A stretch of 64,000 nucleotides of DNA from Lingula anatina (lineage: Eukaryota > Animalia > Brachiopoda), in the NCBI GenBank assembly GCA_051362555.1, contig CM120640.1, positions 10,850,001-10,914,000 of the forward strand. The letters are read 5' to 3'. The position numbers and the translations under genes were made by a program. Below are positions 57,558 through 64,000 of the stretch, one piece after another. The notes under the pieces are model-generated. The model did no database searches. It had not been told where the DNA came from and worked only from the letters and a program-made list of their open reading frames with translations. The first letter of the stretch is position 1, and every line of letters begins with the position of its first letter.

Positions 57558-60500
57558 ATGTCTGACCCGCATGACAGTTGTTCCATGACTCCACCTCTCT
57601 CTCCAGTCAGCTTTGGTAACCTGGAGCAGGACGAGCCTGAAATCATTCCACCAAAGAGGGCTCATATGGAAGGTACATACATGTATTTTTATTGTGAAAG
57701 TCTAGACATGGCATGGGTAACGCACTGCACATTGTATTTTGGGCCAGACTACATAAAGATTAGTATATCCAACATGCATGCATGGGTATATGTAACATGG
57801 GTGAGAGTTTCTTGATTTTGCCCAATTTCAGGATTTTCAATCTTCCTTTTGATCATTTTTTTTATATGACCTAAATGGGATCTTTTATCCAAGGTGCAAA
57901 AATTGTGTCCTAGTACATACCAAGCTAAACCACCTATCTCTGCTGAATTGGCCTTTCTATCTGACTCCTTTGTCAAGGCATGTTCATATCTTACAACAGC
58001 ATGATTAAAGTAGATTTTTTATCCCAGTAATTTCGGTTATCCACTGATGTGTAATTGCAAGGACATCCCTGTAAGACATTGACCGTCATATGCATGTACT
58101 TAATTATATGCTTTCCATAAAAACTATTTCCCTTTTATTTGAAAGATGATCCTGTGAATGATCTACCTTCCTGTTTTTGTTGCCTCGGGGAGGTCAGTAC
58201 CCAGAATTGTGATTTTCATCCAGATGGCTACTTGAAGCAGAATGCATTGGGAAGGTACTTATACTCTCTTCCTCAATCCCTCAAGGAGGGAACGATATTA
58301 AGTCACAGGCAGATCTAGAACTTTGCCAAGGGAGGAGGTGCACAAGAATAAAATGCTTTGGCATACCTCACTTAGCTAATTAATATGTGTACTAGTATAA
58401 GAAAGTAGACAAGGGCTATTTTAATTAGGGCTCAAATATTAGAACAGGGTTTGTTTTTGTCTCATTTTATACTTTCTTTTTTAAGTTATGGGATGCATTG
58501 CTCACTGCTGCGCCTTCTCCCTGGATATGTCATTGCAAATATAGTAACACATAAAAATGTATTCTTTCTATCAAATCCTTTTCATGTTATCATGATTGAG
58601 CTAACAATTTTTTTTAGACTTGCAAGGTTTTATTTTTATTATCTAGACTTCTCCATGGCTCTGATCCAAACTTTGCAGTTTTCCAGACTACTTGCTGTGA
58701 ATTATTTGGATATTACTTCACTACTCAGTTAGCATTACAGGAACAGATGGAGAAGCTGTTTTTCCTGGTTAGGTAAGTCGTGGCTTTATTTAATTTTCAG
58801 CAATTTCGTTTGAAGAATACTAACATGTTTCTGTGAAAATATGCTACAGCCAACAAAAAAAAAAAAAAATTACATTGTTTTATTTGCAGCTACATTAGAA
58901 TATGCGAATACAGCATTTTGTCATATCAGGTCTAAAAAATAGCACTACCCTCTCTTCAATTCATAAATTTATTAAGTTTTATATTTATATAAGTAACTTG
59001 CACCTATAATGTAATAAATATGGATGACTTTTCTCATTCTTTAAATTTTAAGACAGCAGCTGAACAAATTGGAAAACACTACTATAACATCAACAGGCTG
59101 GTCACTAGGGACAGGTAAGATATTAAGGCATCGTTCACATGAAAAATCCGCAGTAGTATCTCTAAACTGTGGAGTTCATCAGTTTAGTTGTGATGACGCA
59201 AGGATAGCTGATACAAAACATGGCTAGTAGTAGTGCAAAACAAGTTGGAGGAAAGGCAAAGGGAATGGAAAACTGGACGGACACAGAGACCCTCGCACTT
59301 ATCAGTATCTGGGGGGAGGAAGACATTCGAGTGTAGTTTGCGAGTGTTTTACACAAATGTTCCAAGTTTTCCAAAAGATCGCTTAGTGGCTGAGACAGGA
59401 TTGTGGTATTGATTGTTCAGGCCAGGCTTGTCTCATTAAAATCAGAAAGTTGAAAGAGAACCATTTTCTTTCTCTCTAACTTATTACTGCGCATGCGTCC
59501 AGGTGTCAGAATCTCCTTCGAGTGCAACTGAGATTTAATTACAGCTTTGGAAGCAACTCGCTCGCTGTGCTAGTTAATTACACCTCGGGGTATTCAGGGC
59601 ACAGACCGTGATCACTAGATACCGCCAATGGATTTGTGGATTTTTGGAATTTGGATTTTTCATGTGAACGATGCCTAAGATATGAATGTTTATATGTTAA
59701 TGTTAAGACATCAGGTAAATGTGATTCAGTCTGACATAAAGTATATGCATTGTTCAAAATAGATGGAACAATTTGTGGTACTGAATGATGTTTTATTTCT
59801 GTTTTGAAATATGATTTATTCTCTCAATATCTGTGGTTATAACTACATGTGGGAAAGCTTTTGGTCTGATGATACATGTAACTTGAATGTTCCATTGCTG
59901 ATGACAATTTTTGGCTAAAAAACCTTTTTTGAAAGTTTGCCTATTTATCACTCATTAGATTAAAAATTTGAAGATTATCACCTGTTTGTGCTGAAAGAAT
60001 ATTTATGCTACTGTGGGTATAATGAGTCCAGAACTGAACCCACACAGCATGTAGTTAGTGGAATTTGTGTACCTACAGGTTCGTCTGCCTCCTTTATGAC
60101 AGCAAGGCATTACATTAGAACTTTCCTTGAATATGTCAAGGTTTATGTATGCAGGTATGTTGCTTCTGTTATAGATTAAAAGTGGTTTTTGTGATTATCG
60201 TTATTAATATTATGCATTTTTTTCTTTTTTTACAATTATTATTAATATTGTTAAAAATGTACATCGTGTGTGTGCATGTGTGTTGCATTTGTGTATGTGT
60301 TATTTTTAAAATTTATAGAGAAGAACAAAACTTTTATGTATTTGCAGATATGTGAATGAAATGAATGCAGAGCAGTTCATTCCCCAGCTATACTGCCATC
60401 TTCATGTTTTATTGCTACATCTTGGTCGTTTGACTGAGCTGCCCTCTAGTGTCTTGAATCAGTGCAGTGCCAGACAGGGAAATACAGTAATATCTTATTT

Positions 60501-63500
60501 TGGAGAAACCTATTTCAAATAATATTTGGTCCATATATATGATTAAGAAAAAAAAAACAATATAATTTGTTTTGCACAAACTTTAATGATCTGATAAGTA
60601 ACATCAGCTACATGTATCAGTTAAGAAAACAACTGTAACTGTTTTTACAATTTTACATTTTAATATCTTTATACCAAGTCAACTTAACTTTGTCCTGTTC
60701 TTTAATTTGCAGAGCACAAACACATCTTACCACATTTTCCACTGCCATTTAGATGTACATTGGGGAGTACTAGAGATAATGCATTTGATAACCACTAAAT
60801 ACCCCAATGCAGGTTAGGTTTCATGCATTTGCATTGATGTACATGGTGTGTTTTGACTTGACCAACTCTTAAAAACATTAGTGCAAATGTTCTTTTTTTC
60901 TCATTAATGATTGTAGTCCTTATTTACAAAATTTTCAAAAAAAAATTTAATATTCATTGGATTCAGTGTGAGCATACAGTGTGTTTTAATTTTAAAACAA
61001 CCCTTGCCCCAAAAATTAAAAAAAAAAACATATTCTGGAGTGAGCACATACACACACAAACGTTATATATTTGATTTTTTTGGTAGGGATAAGTTCCAGT
61101 GGCCAGAGATGGTGCCAGGGTCCTGGTGTTGAGGACTACTCTGTGGACCCCAGTGACCCATTCCAGCAGTGTCTGCAGTTACTACTGTGGGATCTTGTGG
61201 TGCTGGCCATGAAAAAACATGGCAAGGTATGCACAGTTTCAGTTTACAACATAAGCACTGGCTGCCGCTAAGCACCAGTTAATTATAAGCCAGATCTGTA
61301 GAGTTGTTTTAGATGTATTCAGTTAATGGCCAGCATTTTCTTTGGCTAGAAGTTTTAAAACCCTGGTGGACCAAAAGATCAGTACTCCAGTAGACTTGAG
61401 ATCGATTTAGAACACAGACAACTGTTTCAACTCTTTGCAGATAAGTTTGCATGAAATAATGGTTGGTCTGGAAGGCATGGGTTGCATGTGTTCTTTTTGT
61501 ATAGTACCTACTTTTAAATTACTACTTAACTCACTGCTGTAGTATTGTATTTTTATAATAATATTTTTGATTCTTTGAGGTAGAATGCAGACATGGGTTT
61601 ACAGGTGGTACTCAGAAGTTCATTAATGTAGGAGTTTATTTTGATTTTATTATATACAGTAATCCAAAGAAGTCACAAAGACTCATGCAATTTGTAACTT
61701 CTTATCATATCAATATGGTATCATATTTAAACTGGCCATTTTTATGCCCAGTTGTCCATGAAAGAGTACCTGTCTGTGTCACCCTTCCATTGTACTTGTA
61801 TCCGAGAGCTGTGGGTAATGCTGAGAGAACTCACAGATTATAGGCAGGAGCACATGAGAAAGAATGTTAGTATGGATACTTTACCTAAATGAAGTTTCAT
61901 TTCTATATACCTAAAGAAAAATTAACTGAGATTTACCAGCCAATTTTCCAACTGGAAATAAAACTTTATTTCATATGCTTATACTTAGATGTAAATATTT
62001 GTGGTTTACAGTATACTTGTACTTGAAATTTTCACCATGACCTTTTATTTTTTCAGTCATTTTGGATCACCTTAGATGAGATTTTACAGCAAGTTTTACA
62101 CATTCAGCAGCAGCCTGGTACATGTAGCAGTGAAGTAGAAATGGGTATGTACATGTAGATTTCTCCTGGTGATAATGTAATTTACAAGATTTCCAAATCT
62201 GGAAATGTAGGCTCATTCAATCCATTTTTGAGAATAAGTAATAAAAGTATTTTGAATGAGTGGATACACATTATATTATATGTGATTTAAAGATTGGTGA
62301 ATTTGACTGCTAATGTGTGATTTAACATTTCCGTGCTGATGACATTTGTGTTCTTTAAGCTATAGTTCCATCAGTAGTGAAAACTTTTGTGTCTGTGGAA
62401 GATAAATGCTGTAATTGTAATTTTGTTTTTATTTCCATCTCTTTCAGACACAGACAAGTTTTGGCTCCCACCCATCTTTCAGTGTTCTAACACTACAGAC
62501 TTCTGTTGGTGGTTACTACATAACATGGCCCCACTATATGCATATACAAGTGAAGGGGAGCATGTTTCTCTGGCAAGTTCTTGCTTTCTTTTGCTTTAAA
62601 AATCCATACACCTATCAGAATAGTACCCTTTATGGTGATTATGTGAATAATATTTTTTTAAAGTTGCATACTTTTTATAGTGGTAAGGTATTATTTTAAT
62701 GCATGTAATCCACATGTTCTCGCTGTATATAACGGGTTGTTTTTGCACCTAGCAATTATTCTTTTAAATTTATTTTCAGACAAATCCTCTCCAAAACAAC
62801 TATATGTTTTTGGTTCAGAGTTTGTTGAAACCATTAACATCTGGGGTATGTTATGGCAGTAAAACAATTTTTTCAGAATGTAAGACGACATATATTTTAG
62901 ATATAACATAATAAATTTGTTTTTGATTGATTATTTGTGATATATATAATGATTCATTGAAGAGAGCTATGTTAAAGGATAACTGAGGTGTCTTATGGTT
63001 TATGCATATTGATCATAAAGATTATTAATGCAATCATTTTATATTTCTTTCTATCGAGTGTTATACAAATTTCCTTGTATAAGTATTTTAAACAATGCTT
63101 TTAGAAGTACACAATTGTTTGCAGACTGCCAGGAGAAAGCCTTATGTTCTAAACACTTCAGCCTAGCTAGTAAATGTGGTTGTTTCTCTACAACATGTAT
63201 ATTTGTATTTTGATGCTTTCACTGACTTGCCTAAGTGTCTTTGTCCACAGGAACAGCAGGTAGATGAAGCTCACCTGAGGTGTTACATGCAGACGTCCCT
63301 GTCCCTCTGCAAACTGTGGGGTCCCAATATAGATGTTCTCATCCACCTTTGGGATTATTTTTATAAAAAGCTGGTAATTTTTTCTTTTATAATCTCTTTT
63401 TTTCATCTTCTTATTTTTGTTTTCATTTGTGAAAGAATGATTTAAGTTTAACTAAATGTGGTTCTCTAGTATGTAAAAGACATATGCTATGGCTTTATGT

Positions 63501-63906
63501 TCTGTGATAATATATTTAGTACTTTTTGTTTTTCAGAACCATCACTTTCAGATCCAAGGCTTGGGAGTTGAAGGACTGGCAAAAATAAAGTATGCGTGTA
63601 AATGTTTTCTTTTGATTTGAAAGGGAATTCATGGAGCACAAATCATTTTTGATGAATGTAGCACCTTATGTATTAAAATGAAAAAACATACATTTCCGTC
63701 ATAAGTTATACATATTAATCAAGTGTATTTAAATTCATGTATATGTACTTAAGACAAGTGAATTACATATAGATTTACCTCTGATTCCATCAGCTGTTAT
63801 CTTATTTACTATGAATCAAAGTTATAGATATGGTTTTATTCTGTTGCAGCAAGTCTGCAGTCTCCTGGTTGGAGAAGTGTAAGAACCTTACTAAACCTGA
63901 CTCCAG
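57558..63906 (+). CDS. MMS22L: MMS22-like DNA repair protein, 5' part (continues beyond the window)
   Basis: Exons ~57558-57672, 58146-58254, 58648-58772, 59053-59114, 60079-60154, 60348-60487, 60713-60812, 61088-61226, 61752-61865, 62057-62144, 62449-62572, 62780-62845, 63251-63373, 63537-63590 and 63849-63906. Peptides match MMS22L as I recall it: LFFLVRQQL, FLEYVKVYV, LGRLTELPS, HCHLDVHWGVLEI, CTCIRELWVML, FCWWLLHNMA, LRCYMQTSLSLCKLWGPN...LWDYFYKKLN. Confidence 0.88.
59127..59675 (+). mobile_element. Non-autonomous PIF/Harbinger deletion derivative in an MMS22L intron
   Basis: Perfect 23-bp TIR GGCATCGTTCACATGAAAAATCC, 3-bp TAA TSD (59124-59126 and 59676-59678), and an internal Myb/SANT-like remnant. 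Confidence 0.9.
59220..59458 (+). pseudogene. Decayed Myb/SANT-like (trihelix) DNA-binding ORF of a Harbinger element
   Basis: MASSSAKQVGGKAKGMENWTDTETLALISIWGEEDIRV*, then after a frameshift QVFQKIA*WLRQDCGIDCSGQACLIKIRKLKE. Confidence 0.8.
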
Positions 63907-64000
63907 GTGAGATAACATCTATTACATATACCAGGAGCCAAATTTTGTACTCAACCTGTTTAACATGAAACCCATATGACTTGAAGAACATTGCATTTAA

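Overview
Intron-rich, AT-rich eukaryotic DNA with GT-AG introns. Gene and transposon content suggests an invertebrate, probably a mollusc or other lophotrochozoan (inference). From left to right: (1) the 3' part of a 13+-exon uncharacterised gene with a TBC/Rab-GAP-like segment (+, 659-5698). (2) A complete, apparently very young Ty3/Gypsy LTR retrotransposon of CsRn1 type (8132-12661), with identical 276-bp LTRs, a GTAG target-site duplication, a tRNA-Trp primer-binding site, and a -1 frameshift heptamer followed by a candidate pseudoknot. (3) Protein-tyrosine sulfotransferase (TPST, +). (4) A 37-coding-exon gene (-, 43212-20237) that I assemble into a ~3160-aa type I membrane protein: signal peptide, 3 IgGFc-binding domains with acidic DxDxDG linkers, 23 TSP1 repeats, 53 uninterrupted Gly-X-Y triplets, 3 cbEGF-like modules, a transmembrane helix and a short tail. 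This is the most unusual item in the window. (5) Argininosuccinate lyase (ASL, -), which carries a decayed Spy-like DNA transposon without TSD in an intron. (6) The 5' part of MMS22L (+), head-to-head with ASL and containing a Harbinger deletion derivative. Several MITE/fold-back elements are present, and several of them lie within ~15 nt of a splice donor. All exon boundaries were read by eye; no database search was possible.
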